From: Styela clava
Taxonomy: Eukaryota
Assembly (NCBI RefSeq): GCF_964204865.1
Contig: NC_135255.1
Coordinates: 682,001-746,000 of the forward strand
Direction of reading: 5' to 3'
DNA length: 64,000 nucleotides
The position numbers and the translations under genes are program-made. Shown piece after piece: positions 42,764-55,902 of the stretch. Below the pieces are notes generated by a model. That model was given only the letters and a program-made list of their open reading frames with translations. It was not told the DNA's origin and did no database searches. Every line of letters starts with the position of its first letter. The first letter of the stretch is position 1.

Positions 42764-43126
42764 ATGAAAACCAAGAAGCTGAGAAACTATGCTCTACATG
42801 GAAATGCTTCTGCAAATGATAGTGTCATACTTGGTAAGTTATTAGACGCCGAATAATGCGAATTTTTATGGCGAGGGTAGCAAGCGAGTTTCGTGTTTTC
42901 GTCTTTATTTTTCATAGATGGGGTGAATGACATTGGAAGTTTTAAGAGCTTCAGCTCGATGGCTGCGAGGGAAATTCCGATGCATATTTATACCAATGAA
43001 GAATCTACAAGATCAGGTGGCACTATCAACCAGGGCCACCATGTAGATCTGCACACACCGAGTACAGAATGTTCAAGTCAGTGGGTGCCAATGTTCTCGT
43101 ATTCCAGTTTGTGTAAGGAAATTTAA
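42764..43126 (+). CDS. Candidate 2-exon orphan gene, or terminal exons of one (92 aa)
   Basis: Exon 42764-42833 ends at a G|GTAAGT donor. An 84-bp intron ends in a pyrimidine tract and TAG. Exon 42918-43126 is in phase and open to TAA. No recognisable domain. Confidence 0.35.
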
Positions 43127-44280
43127 TGATCTCCAAGAAATTAAATCAATTATGCCAAATGACTGTCCTCATTTTTATGATACCTCTTCTCACGAGTGGA
43201 TTATACAAACTTTAATGAGGTATAATATTATGAATTCATGATTAAAGTTGTTTGTTCATGTTGATATTTTGGGTTCAAAAAGAGTTATTTATATTTTGAT
43301 TCAATTATATTGTCTGAGTTGTGAAATTTTACAATCCTCGTATCAATTAAATAAAATACATCTGGTGTGTGGCTGACAAATATTTTAGTGTTCATCAGAG
43401 TCAAATTATGATTGCGGAGATACATCGCATTTTTGACTTGGCTTTCGTGTCATATTTATTTAGTGGAAGTCACTCTTTCATTATTTGTGGTATGGACTTT
43501 TACAAAGTATATAGGTCAAGCGAATGTACAGAGAAAATATTGGATAGGGATGCGAATAATTTTGCGTAACTCAGGGTGCGGGAATGAAAAAATGCCTATG
43601 TCTATTTTAGCGCATATAAAATAGGAATTGAAAGTTAAATATCTTCTAAAATAATTAGTAATTTGATAAGATAAATCTAGATAAAAAAAATTTGAAATAG
43701 ATTGAAAATGGGAAAGTTATGAAGTTTTTTTTCATTTACTCAAAATGTGAAAATATGACTTTGGCAATTTTTTTTATGAGGCTGGCGATATAATATTTAA
43801 CGTTAAATTATAATCACGATAATTAATTAACCAAAAATTTGAAAATTAACTGTGTTTACCCTTCAAAAAATTCACGATTGGTATCTTATTATTCTCTATT
43901 TTGAGAATGATGGGTAAACTGTGTTGTGTAGTGCAAAGACGATGTGGTCGACGATTTCCATTAACGCGTCAATATTGATATGAAACCCGTTCTTAAAAAT
44001 TTGGAATCCCACCACCACATATAGCTCTAACCCAAAATACGTTGTTATTATCATGGGTTAATGACTGTCGTAAGTGATTTGTCATGTTCGACTAGCAGAT
44101 GCATGTTTTAGGAACACTTTGCCTCAAGGCGCCCGAATAAGCGATGCTATTCATTTACTTCTTTTTCGTTGTTAGGTATTTTCTCCCATACAGCGTATAA
44201 GCACTCTGTTATGTAATAGAGAATTTTTGTTTCTAATGTTGATCTTCGGATGACTTTCAGTCTTCCTCAGACATTCTCTA

Positions 44281-44712
44281 TCTATAATATATCAAGCCCC
44301 AAAAAGCACAATCATATATATATATATATATGAAATTATTAAATTTGGTGCACCAGTTATTATTAAGCTTTTAACATGGCTTATGTAACATAGATATCAA
44401 ACTAATTAGTAAAACGTAAATCTGAATTGGTCATAGAATTTATGAAAACATCACAATTTATACATTTGTTCGCTTTGCAAGTGTTCTTCCAACTAAACAT
44501 TCATTTCCTAGGCGGACACTAATCTGGTCATTATTTATAAGAGAAACCGCCAGTTGTAACTGCGTCGTGGATGACCATGCATCAAATATTGTATTTTCTT
44601 AATCTAGCCTATGACGCTTTCTTCTCTAAATCTGCATTGCAATGTACATTTCTTCAAAGAGAGGCGCCGTCGACTCAAACGGTGCGTATACGCTGTTGCT
44701 TTGTTTACATAT
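44281..44712 (+). repeat. ~400-bp dispersed direct repeat, copy 2
   Basis: See 42013-42400. Confidence 0.8.
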
Positions 44713-44984
44713 CATTTCACGTCAAATCTTAACCACGGTAATTAATTAACCAAATGGCAATTAGAAAACTTCCAATAATCGCAAATCACCGTATTTACCC
44801 CTTCTAAACTAACCTCTGCCTCCAGTGCAAAATTAAATGTAAATTGTGTTGCCATAGCCGCATAGCGTAAAGATTTTGGAATTGTACATGTGGTCGGCTA
44901 TTTCATTTAACTTGTCAATATTAATAATATTCTATGAACATTATAAAATAGCTGTTTGTGAGGAGAATCTTCATAGACATAGAT

Positions 44985-46280
44985 CAGGGGTCACCAAACT
45001 TTTTTGACCGCGGGCCGGGTATGACTCAAATTGTGTTGAAACGGGCCGGATGAATATTTTTGTCAATACAAGACAATAAATTCACAAATGTTGGGAATAT
45101 CGCAGAATATCGGTCGAGAACATCCTAGGTAAAAAATTAATAAGATTTCTATATCTAGACAACTATCCTGAGTTTAGCTGTTATCAAAACGTTGCTGTCA
45201 TGAATTAGAAATGTTACAAAATCCGCGGCAAAAAATGTACGCATCACGTCTGCTCGTAAATATATACTACTACGGTCTGCTAAGTACCGTTACGCCTTGT
45301 TGAAATACCTCTCATAAAAACGACTACCTGCTGTAGCTTGGAATTCTATGAAATTTTGACATAATTTAGATAAAATAAACAACTATTATTTGGTATTTGT
45401 ATTTTTATTCATTTGCGCATAAATTTCCCAACATTCGACGCTTTTAAAAATTACGCTCCAGTTATACGTAGTGCAAAATAATGATATTGTCTATGGACAC
45501 CAATAAAATGTATGTGGACGTGTGTATTTCTTTCTTAACTTGATACAATTTTTATGGAGTTCGTACAATCAGAACATCGTTAATTATTACCCACAATGAA
45601 CCACTGTCAAACTATCATGCACAACTCCAGCGTTTATTTGCGACGATCTTTCGGCGGTGTCAATGACCGCTGCCAGAATAAAAATCTGAAATAGTCTCAA
45701 TATACCATAGATGTGACGCACAACGAAAGATTAGTGATTTTGATATGTGTTATTTTTCCATATTTAGTTCAGTTCTTATCAAAAAAGTAATACAATCATT
45801 ATGGAAAAAATTGGCCAGTCGGGCGATACTAAAATTCCGAAATCTCCGTTATTTCTTGACCGTTTATTGTAAACTTGGTATTGTTTTCTATTTTTACTCA
45901 GATCTTTCCACTGGAGCAGTTTAGTTTCGTCGAAAGCACGCGCCACGAGTGTACAAGTGTATCGCAGAAAACTTTAGGTTATGGTAGCATTCAAAGTCGC
46001 AAAAACGAAGTTTTGTTTACAACCACAACTGAAAATCTGTCGGGGTGACAAAAGTGTCTGAGCGGACGCGGAAAGACTAATTATTACGTCACTTTTTTGC
46101 ATCTTGCCGATTGGCCAATGTTACGAAATAAACAAAGACGACGATGCTCGTGAAAATCTCCCTTGGAAAAAAATTTAGCCATTTTTGTGTGTTATTGCGG
46201 ACCGGATAAAATGACGCCGCGGGCCGGATAAAATGACGTCGCGGGCCGGATCCGGCCGGATCCAGGGTTCGAGTGGACAT
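44985..46280. mobile_element. Degenerate non-autonomous hAT (Charlie-like) element
   Basis: Left end CAGGGGTCACCAAACT...cgcgggccgg and repeated gcgggccggat motifs at 46197-46262. The right TIR and TSD could not be resolved. Confidence 0.5.
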
Positions 46281-46854
46281 GACTCAGAGTTAACGAGGCA
46301 GTATAGATGCGCGAACATGATCCCTTCACAACAAAAAATAATTCCTATATCCGTTCACTGACTTATTTTTAAAAACATTCTATATCAAAATAAAAGAGAT
46401 GAATATATCGGAAATATCAGACTATTTTTGGCCAATACCGATACAAATACCGATATTGGAGAAATGGCCGATACCAGACAAATCAGGACCTATCTACACT
46501 AAATGACCTTCAAACATATTCTCCCGGCCACTGAGATCTTGAAAGCGTTTCCACGAATCTTCACATTTTCACGAATCTCCTACTTCGGCATGAATAAACG
46601 AGGGGAGTTATTAGGATTTATTATAAATACAATTTTCATCAAACGGTTGCCACGTTCGAACTTATTGCGTGCTACATTGGGCAAGCGTCTTTCGGTTTGG
46701 TTGTTGTGGATAACCCAGAATATTGGTTTTCATTCTTCGCAGTGCTACTATACTAGATAACAATACAGGCAGTAGGGCATTACTTTCCGAAACTTATATA
46801 CATGTTACTTTCGTTAATTCATCCTCTTTACATGCACTTATCTATTAACTAAAA

Positions 46855-47420
46855 GATAATTATTTGGTAGGAAGCCATAAATAATGGATTGATGGCAAAT
46901 CAATTTATATCGTTCTAATTTAAATAGCAAGCGGCGAAGATACAACTGTTTTTACTTGAACCCAATAAATGTATTTCCAAGGTAGCGAGTGGTGCAATAT
47001 CAGAATGATATTCAATAGATCTGACAAAAGACTTACAGAAATACATTTGCGTTAGTGTGCAACAGGACTCTTGAATTGCATAGTATGGTATTTTTTCTGC
47101 TACAGCATCCTAGCATTATACGCGCACGGGTCCATAGGCATTGAGAATGGATTGCGATTTAGTCTCGCGCAACCTCCACTGATATTTGTATTGATGTTTC
47201 GAATTTTACAAAACGGTCCACTAAAAAGTTGTAAAAACTCAAGCGACATCGGCGCACATTATACTCAATTCGAAATTGAAGCATTATCATGGCCCCTGGA
47301 AAGACATAAATAAAAATCACAATACCGCGAATATAACGCTCAATTTCGACGTTTTTGTCCGTTGACGTGAAGTGTTTGTAGCATCTTGTGTGTTCATCCA
47401 CAAGAGCGTTTTGTAAATCT
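46855..47420 (-). pseudogene. Possible decayed rhodopsin-like GPCR (TM5-TM7)
   Basis: RCYKHF...RYIRGIVIFIYVFPGAMIML (ECL2/TM5-like), SLPW (TM6-like) and AINP/IIYGFLPNNY (NPxxY across a 1-bp frameshift, ~46875-46896). Several stops. Confidence 0.35.
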
Positions 47421-49135
47421 AGCGTTAATAGTGAACTGCTATACTAATATTTTAATATTCAATACTATATTCGAATATTTTGCCTTAACAAATTAGTTTT
47501 GATGAATTGCAAATAAATCGCCGACCGACTGTTAGAAATATGAGAATTTCTCGTCTCTTTAGTTAAATATTCAAACATATTGGATTTGTCCTGTTGTGCG
47601 GCCGAAATAGATAACAAGGCTTCAATATGGGATGTTCAGGAAGACAACCGAAGAGCCGGGACTTTTCCTATATTTGGGGTTTGATTAGGACTTTTATGCT
47701 ATCGGGAGTAATCGAAGTCATTGGTGTTTAATATGAAACACATTTCTTTTTCATTCATTCCATTATTTTGTCACCGTTTCGAGTATACAATTTATCTGAT
47801 GTAACCCGTCCGCCGGTGTGGAACGGTTAACAACCAGTAACTTTCTACTGCAATACAGCCAAAAGTTTGCAATTAACAAATACATTTTAGAATAATAAAA
47901 GACACTCATAATAAAAGACCCTGTACAATACCTGACAATGCTTATATTCTACAACATCAAGTTTTAGGCTGCGTCATTTTTTCTATCTAAGGTAGTTTAA
48001 TAATATTCGGATTGCAATAAGGTGATAAGACAAGTAATACTTGCCAAGCAAATTAAGCTGTATGGAACGCGATAGCTTCAATATGCCGGAGAAAATTTTG
48101 TATTTGAAATAGAACTCAGAATTTAGAATCACGTTTTGAATAAACTTCCCATGGAATCGAAGCAATTTTGAGAATTCGCCACGGATCTGACTAAATTGCT
48201 AGGTTAAGGTTTGTGCTCTACTAATTTGCTGGAATATTTCTTGCTTTTCATGGAGTGGTACCTAACCTCGGTTTTGTTTGGGATATTGCAATGCTTTTAA
48301 TTTTGCAAGAGCACCTTGTTTCAAGACATACAAAATTAAGTAAACTTTCCGGTTGTCTTAAATATGGTATTATCAAAATAATAGGTCCCACTACACATTA
48401 CTAAGTATATTTTAAAATATCTTGTGTGACTTAATCGCATTATTTTGACTCGATATTTTACGTGATGTGCAAATAGGAAAATTTGATGAAGCAATGCAAT
48501 ATGTTCATGCGGAGCAAAGGGATGAACGAACTATATGTAAGTAATGCGGGTTTAATTTGGTGTTTTGCAGCTTTTGCCAACAATTTTCGCTTTTGATTTT
48601 TCTTAGCTATTGTTTCGTGTAGTAATTTTGTCTCTCCTGAAGCTATGAAATGTATGTTATTCACCCGGGAACGGGATCAATAACTCGGATTTTATCGAGT
48701 TAAACTATGAGAAAAGGTATTTTTTAACTCGCAATAACATTAAACTACGTGTCTGTTGTGTTTTCAAGCGATATCTGTCACGAAATAATATAATTTGAAG
48801 CGACATTACAAAACTAAACACGAGAAAAGATACCGAAAATACCACGACATTTCTCGGGAAGCAATTTTAAACTAAAGGCTTTATATATCTTACTTTATTA
48901 AACTCGCAATGTTTTACAACTTTTGGATTTTCTCCGACTGCGACCCGCGAGGCATCCTCAAAAGCTTTGCTACGTCTTAATCTTTGACCACCCTGAGTTA
49001 AAGTAAAAGCATTCGAGTATCGCACTTTCTTTTGCTAGACGTCACGAACCATATGTTGGCAATGTTCAAATATATGGACACAAAGGCCAAGACGAAATAG
49101 TCTCTAATGATTTACAGTACAAGACCATCGTACTA

Positions 49136-49381
49136 TCAAGAATATCGATTGTAAAATGATTGTAAAATGGAATGCATTGTATCGACTGCAGATGATCCCG
49201 TAACACATTCTTCATAAATTTTCAAATTTTGCCTTTTTTTCTTGCATTGCATTTTTGACTTGAAAGTATCGACAAGATTATTCCAAACCATTGTTGCTTT
49301 AAACGTACTTGTTGTAGCCTTGGCATTCTTGTCGGTCGTATAGTTGTTGTTGTCAATTCTTGAATATGATTTTGCGTTCAT
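49136..49381 (-). pseudogene. Truncated inverted paralogue of DEP-domain gene exon 1 (81 aa)
   Basis: FKATMVWNNLVDTFKSKMQCKKKRQNLKIYEECVTGSSAVDTMHSIL aligns with 51453-51704. Homology ends at an 11-bp tandem duplication (cattttacaat x2) followed by TGA. No downstream exon homologue seen. Confidence 0.7.
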
Positions 49382-50980
49382 TTCGATATTGTCCTCAAGA
49401 AATTAAATTTAGGTCAATTTGCTTCTCTAAGTTAACTGCTAACTGACTTTCTCAATACCAATATATATATTTCTGCTATCAACATTTTATCAATTAACAA
49501 ATAAAAGATATAAATTAAATAAGTTGTTTCTTTTGATATTATGTAATTATTTTGATTAATGTTATAATTTTTTATCACATTCGCGATGAGAGGATTTATT
49601 GATAAGCTAAGTATTTCTGTTATCAACATTTTATCAATTACCAAATAAAAGATGTGAATCATTGTGTAATTAAGTTTTAGTTTAACATTATTCTTTTATC
49701 TTACATTGGTGATGAAAAGATTATACTACCAAATAACAATTATACCAGTTATAATATGTTCTCCTTATTGTAGGAAAATTCCATGTTCAAATCTCGTGAA
49801 TCGTTGGACGAAAACGTTTGGTCCTTACAACAATAAACTATCTGTATTTTATGATTATAATTTTTTATTATGTCGTAAGATCAGTTTTCTTAGCGCATTC
49901 ATTCACCTACATTTTCACATGCAACGACCAGGCGTTATGATACAGCAATGCAAACAGAATATAGCAGTGCTCATAAGGTCCAATTCAAGTATATTTATAA
50001 ATGACGATAATAGCAAAGGTTCAGACTTTTCATTCCGTCGAATTTATAACTTACATCTTTAAAAATAATAAAACATTCAGAAAAAAATCGATTAATTTTT
50101 GTCCGTTGCAATAAAACTTGAACAATTAATTACAAGTCCTATAACACACTCGAGCGATTTAATTGATATAATTCTATAAATGAGGAAGTAGGCTACTTGC
50201 AGTGTGAAAACCCGTGTATGATTCTGAACATATCAGGTACAACACAATTAAAAGGTGTGAAACTAGGTATTTAAAAGATTCACACTTTTTGAACACATTT
50301 GCGGAAAAAGAGACAAACATTGTTAGATGTTGTGAGTAACGCAGCGGAAAATGTATATTTACACAATTCTCCCATCTCAGCTGGGCATTGATATTTTTAC
50401 AAATATTTGCATTAATTTGTTACATGCGCCCCATGTATATCAATTATGATACAAGCTGGTTTAGTTATTTTCGAACATGAAGATCGATTAAAGTTCCTCA
50501 TCTTCATGTATTGTGTGATTGGGCTTCAGTCATTCTTGATACAAGTTTATCATGATCTGCACTTGGTGACCAAGTTTTGATCCTGCACACACTCTCCCTC
50601 ACGAACACTCGCAAAAAACAGTATATAACTATTTTTATGATTGAGTTTCTGCATCTCTCTGATTTTGGGCAATTTTGTGGCTGTGTTAAGTATCATAAAC
50701 TGGCATTTTGTTAGGCTATGCGGGATAGTCTACACTCTACAGCGATTGCCGGCTTCCATATATGGCGGAACTGGGTGCTAAACGTCGGATGTCTGAAATT
50801 GCACCTGATAGTTATTTTTACTGCGGACACGCTTCACACTAATTGCGTTTGTCTATTAAATGATAAATATCAAACTAGTTCATACATTTCATTATAAATA
50901 TAAGTACAGGCGTCTAATTCTCTACTCTCGTGTGATGTAAGTCTTAGGCGCATTGAGGATTGAAATATAGGTGGATTATC

Positions 50981-51165
50981 GGTACTGCCGAAGTATGTGA
51001 ACCAAGATGGCGGACACCGGAAAGTAGTATGTGCACCAGGTCAGGGTTAGTCCATAATTTAATTTCAATTTTCCTTATTTTAATTCTATTACGAGTGTGG
51101 GGATTAGCCAAACCGGTACTACGTTCCGGTTTCCGCCATCTCGGTTCACATAGTTCGGGAGTACC
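50981..51165. mobile_element. MITE (GGTACTCC family) ~290 bp upstream of the DEP gene
   Basis: ggtactgccgaagtatgtgaaccaagatggcgga / tccgccatctcggttcacatagttcgggagtacc, with a ggtcagggttag core. Confidence 0.8.
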
Positions 51166-51452
51166 AAACTATGACTTTCGATTTCAGTTCAAGCATTTTG
51201 AATATTTTCGAAGTGTGAATCCCATGTTATTACATTACTAATGAATAGCGGCGGTTCAATAAAAGCTTTATCTTTTTATCATAACTGTCAGTTTATTTAC
51301 AAGTAAATTATCGAGGTATATTTTGATCATAACAAGTTTATCTTTCTTCGCTGATAATTATTTATATATATACCTCATTTAGAAAGTCAGTTAACATAAT
51401 TAGCATAGCTAAGTAAGAATAAATCTTAATTAGCAGCACATCTTGAAAAATT

Positions 51453-52642
51453 ATGGAGAATCAAAATAGAGAATTAGATTACAACAACTGTCCCATCGAA
51501 AACACAAAATCAGAAAACAAAGCTTTCAAAGCAACAAGGATATGGAACGTAATTGTGAATTCGTTCGAAACACAAATGCATTGCGGTCGAAGAAGAAAGA
51601 ATCTTAGAATTCATGAAGATTGTTTCACCGGTTCATCTGCTGTCACCACAATGCATTCTATTTTAAAGGAAATGAAAAACTATGAGAACGTGTCAAGATG
51701 TCAGGTACGGAGACTAGAATAGAAATCGCGAGTTTTCACCTGAAAAGAATAGAATAATTTTATAGGTTTAGTTGTTAAAATTTTGCCAAATGTTTTGAAT
51801 ATTTTTTTTTATCCAATGTCCAGGCCAAAAAACTGCTACAAAAAATTATGAATCAACGTATTATAGAAGATGTGAATGGCAAATGGTCGGCGGAAGAATT
51901 CAAAGACTCGGGAAAATTATATAGGTAATTATATCTCTAGAAAACGTATGTAAACACAGATTTATTATTGTAAGGTGGACAACTTTTTCAAAATCTTCAA
52001 CTTTTTCAGCAACTTCAACCTTAGGAAAATACTTTTTGTAGTCCATGTTTTAAGTAGAATGCAAAATTATACTCAACTTTCTATGTGAAGGCATTGCTAT
52101 CGAAAACAAAGAGTTGTTTAACTCACAATAAATGTTGCTATTCTTTTTGCAGATTTTGTAGATGTGATTTTCAAAACGAATTGAATAGTAAGAAAGACTT
52201 GTCGCTGAATCGAAGAGGTTCAATTCAATCACTAATAAAAACGAAGGTTTGTCATTTATATAATGATATTTAATTGATATGTGTATGATCTTGTGGCGCG
52301 TTCTCGTCAACGCAATCAAATGCAATGTATATTGTATTTTGATGATAGTAATGCGATGCAAAGATTTTAATAATAAATCATTGAATATACATTCAATTTC
52401 TCAGAAAAAGTGGTCAAATAATTGGCGAGTGAAATATTATTTATTCTAATTAAAATTTCTTGTTTTATTTTCAGCCTCTTTCACGATCAAAATCAACTAT
52501 GTCTCATTCTCCGGCAAGGGTAAAAAAATACTCAATCACTTCCTACAACGCGGATAACACATCGGATGGGGAATCTTCTAACGTCATAAAAGTAGCTAGA
52601 TTTCTATTTTCGCTAAAGTCTAAGCAATCAAATACGCATTAA
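51453..52642 (+). CDS. DEPDC1-like DEP-domain-only protein, 4 exons, 204 aa
   Basis: Exons 51453-51704, 51824-51924, 52153-52246 and 52475-52642, all GT-AG with compatible phases (615 nt). Peptide FKATRIWNVIVNSF...RRRKNLRIHEDCFTGSSAV...VSRCQ/AKKLLQKIMNQRIIEDVNGKWSAEEFKDSGKLYR/F matches the DEPDC1/DEPDC7/LET-99-type DEP domain, followed by a Ser/Lys-rich tail and TAA. Confidence 0.8.
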
Positions 52643-53469
52643 AATGTTCTTAAAAAATTTTCGACTCCAGAACTATTTTGAAATGACACAATGAATGTAT
52701 TGTGTGTATGTATTTTTCTATCTATGTATCTAAATATATATGTATTATAAATGATGCATTTTTCATTATGCAAACGTTTTCTTTTTTATATTTTATTATG
52801 CAATTATACAAATTTCATTTATAATTTACTCTTCATTAGATCGTTAAAGTATATTACAGGTAGGGTTGAAAACTAGAAATTTAAAAATTAGGTATAGCCT
52901 ACAGTTTGAAAATTAACTTTAATGGGGCAAATCATATTGAACCATTAGATGAGCTAACAAAAGAGCCATGCTCAAATCTATGGGCAAGAAGGCAAAAACA
53001 AAAATTTCATCCATGTAATTCCAAAAATTCATACCCTGGTCCCAACAGTGAAGCAGCTCACGAGTACCGGTTTGGTATCCGTACTGCCTAACTGCCTTAG
53101 CTTCACCAGGTCCTATGACGATGATGATCAATGCGTCTAATGCCAATGTGAATTTAAAATTAAATACCTAACTACTGTAGAATCTAATATTTTACAGTAG
53201 TTTACCTTTTATAGCAACTCACTGCATCTAGTCTACAGTGCGTTACTGATTTCGAAAACTTTCGATTTTGGCGTAGCATGAGTTTCCATTTCCCAAACAC
53301 AAAAGAAAGGCAGCCGTCGGCCGTCGCGCTTGGCGAAAATGAAACCGTGTTCTCAAAAATAAAAGGTATAGCGAAATTTAGGGTGAAAAATTATATCTCA
53401 TAGAGGTAATAAGAACTTTAGGAACAAATAAAAGTAATAGGCGTCTAGCAACTGCTTTCAATAAAGACT

Positions 53470-54000
53470 GAATTTCAAATCAATTGGTTAACTGTGTTGC
53501 CGATATAATAATGTTCCGTGATCGATAGGAAAGATGCTGCATTTCAATATTACCATACTACTACATGAAGATTCTGATTTTCGTCAATATCGATTGTCCA
53601 AAATCAAACCCGGTAGGAAGGCATATAGCTAAATTCAAACTACACCATCAGGAGCAAGTTTTATGTACTGGCTAGCAGATGGTGACGTTTATTGGGAATC
53701 AGGGATGAAACAATATAGGTCATAATAGCCCCATAAATCTTTATGTTGTGTTGAACAGATGATTTGGAACACAACTTCGAAATATATATACTTGAAAGCT
53801 ATATTCTGTTTCTGATTACCCTGATCTCGAAACTAGTATCATAGTCGTCAAAATGGGACTGATAATGTAGAGAACGAAGTCAGTCGCATACTCCATTCCG
53901 ACGATTGGTTTACGTATATAGTATACCTTTGATGTTCGTTCTCCATCAAATTTAGATCTAATGTATTGGGACTGCAATCTTGTTGATTTGGCTTTTGTGA
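53470..54000 (-). pseudogene. Possible decayed rhodopsin-like GPCR (TM5-TM7)
   Basis: FVLYIISPILTTMILV (TM5-like), IYGAIMTYIVSSLIP (TM6-like) and LYIGNTVNQLI* (TM7 NPxxY-like, 53475-53510), in order, across frameshifts and stops. Confidence 0.35.
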
Positions 54001-55902
54001 ACAGCTGAATTATATATATACAGAGGGGATGGTGAGTCACTGATTATGGTGGGTAAGCTATTTCATTTCAACAGGTGTCTTTTAGGCTTTTCAAAATTCG
54101 ACATTATAATTATCTCATGTAAAACGAATGGGCGGTCTAAGACAGGGATACTAAACTATTCTTACCAAACATCCGTACACAAAATTTAAAAATTACCGGA
54201 ATACGGTCCTTCCAAGTAAGATATTTAACTATGCCAACATAATTTCAAATGCATCGATTGACAAACTACAAGAGCGATGCTCAAAATCGCGCTTCGGTGC
54301 GGGTATTTGGAAAAGAATTATCCGCGTAGAAGTACAATTTTGCCAAGCTTAGGAAAAGCCACAACGTTCACAAGAATATTAGCTAAACGATTCATTAGTG
54401 GAGTTCGTGTCCAGTAGCAAAGATACTTGCTCATGGTTAGTCTCAGAAATTGCATTTTTTTTGTAATTGCCAATTATTTCAAACTTGGTTCCAGGAAATG
54501 AGAGGATACTATTTTGCAAAATAAGGTTATATGATCTATTTTTAAATTTCGAAGATAAAACCTAAAACTAAAATATAGCATGAAAAGACACAAAAACAAT
54601 TGAATGTGTACCACCATGCCATAAAATCTGTTAAAAACGTATCCAAGCGGCCGCAAAAAAATTAGTTTTCACGCCACCCTAGACATCTTGCTGATTAGCC
54701 AATGCTACAGGAGTAAACGAGTGAGTCGATGCTCTGTGAATTTTTTCTCAGTGGTTTATCGAAAATTGCATTACATCAAAATTGTGAAATGAAAAGAAAC
54801 GATGCATTCAAAGTCAAGAAGCAGCTGCGGTCCAAATGGAATAATCGAAAGGTCTATATTCGGACCGCCAGTTCAGTAGCCCTAGTCTAGGACACACTAC
54901 GGGCACTCGTTTTCAAAAAATAACAATTTTGTAGCCTAGGTGCATTATGGGAAAAATTACACGCTTGGATGAGTTTTGATTGGTGCCATCTTTGTTTGGC
55001 CTCGTTGATCTCCATTGTAAATATTATGATTGCGTTGGTAGTTTTGTAAATATGGGTAATATGTTTTTTTTGTTGTTGTTGTGTGCATGTATAATCTTTT
55101 ATTTTTCTGAATTGTCTATGCAAAACAAAAAATACATGCAAAAATATATAGAAAAAATGACATTTAAATTACTGGGGAAGGGAGGCCGCGGGGAACCAAA
55201 ACTGGTTATCGAGCTGCGACACCCAAGGTTCTAACACCTAGTTTGACAGATCGGGGAGAAGAGTTTCAACGAATAGATACCATATAAATTTTACTAAATA
55301 GCTAACTAATTGCAATTGTTATATATTATTACTAAAAATTACCGTGCATTAAATGTGCCATGATAGCAGCGAATAACGGGGGATTTCCCTTTTGCATAGA
55401 CGTAGCTGTAGCGAAATGTTGTTCTGTAGAATAACTGGGGAATTTTGAAGGTGACCTGACCACAACGTGGTTGTGCTATGAAGCGATATAGCAATGGACA
55501 CCGATCAGGTAAATAAATAAAGTGAAATTAGCACGCTGGATGTTGAAATAAATATTCACCATTGGTGTCCTGACGCGTTATCTCAGTACCGTTACCGTAC
55601 TGCTTGTAAGCTAACTAGAAAAATATTAGGAACAAATATAAATGATTTGATACTGTCAGACTGTGATAAGAATACAATGAAAAAACAATATTGACATTTG
55701 TTGAGGTGAAAATAACTGTTGGTATAAAATCACTAGACTATGGAGTCCTTCAATGATAGAAATATCTGAATATAGGAAGCACTGTGATAAGAATACTCCA
55801 TTGCTTAAACTGGTAAATTGATGTTAACTAATACTAAAATATGAAACATAATTTGTAATACTTTTTCATGTAACATAGCACAATTAATAGTTTTTGTCCA
55901 TC

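Noticed and set aside
48477-48536. Isolated exon-like segment (AG...GTAAGT, KFDEAMQYVHAEQRDERTI)
   Set aside because: No partner exons were found, and it is on the opposite strand from the truncated DEP paralogue.
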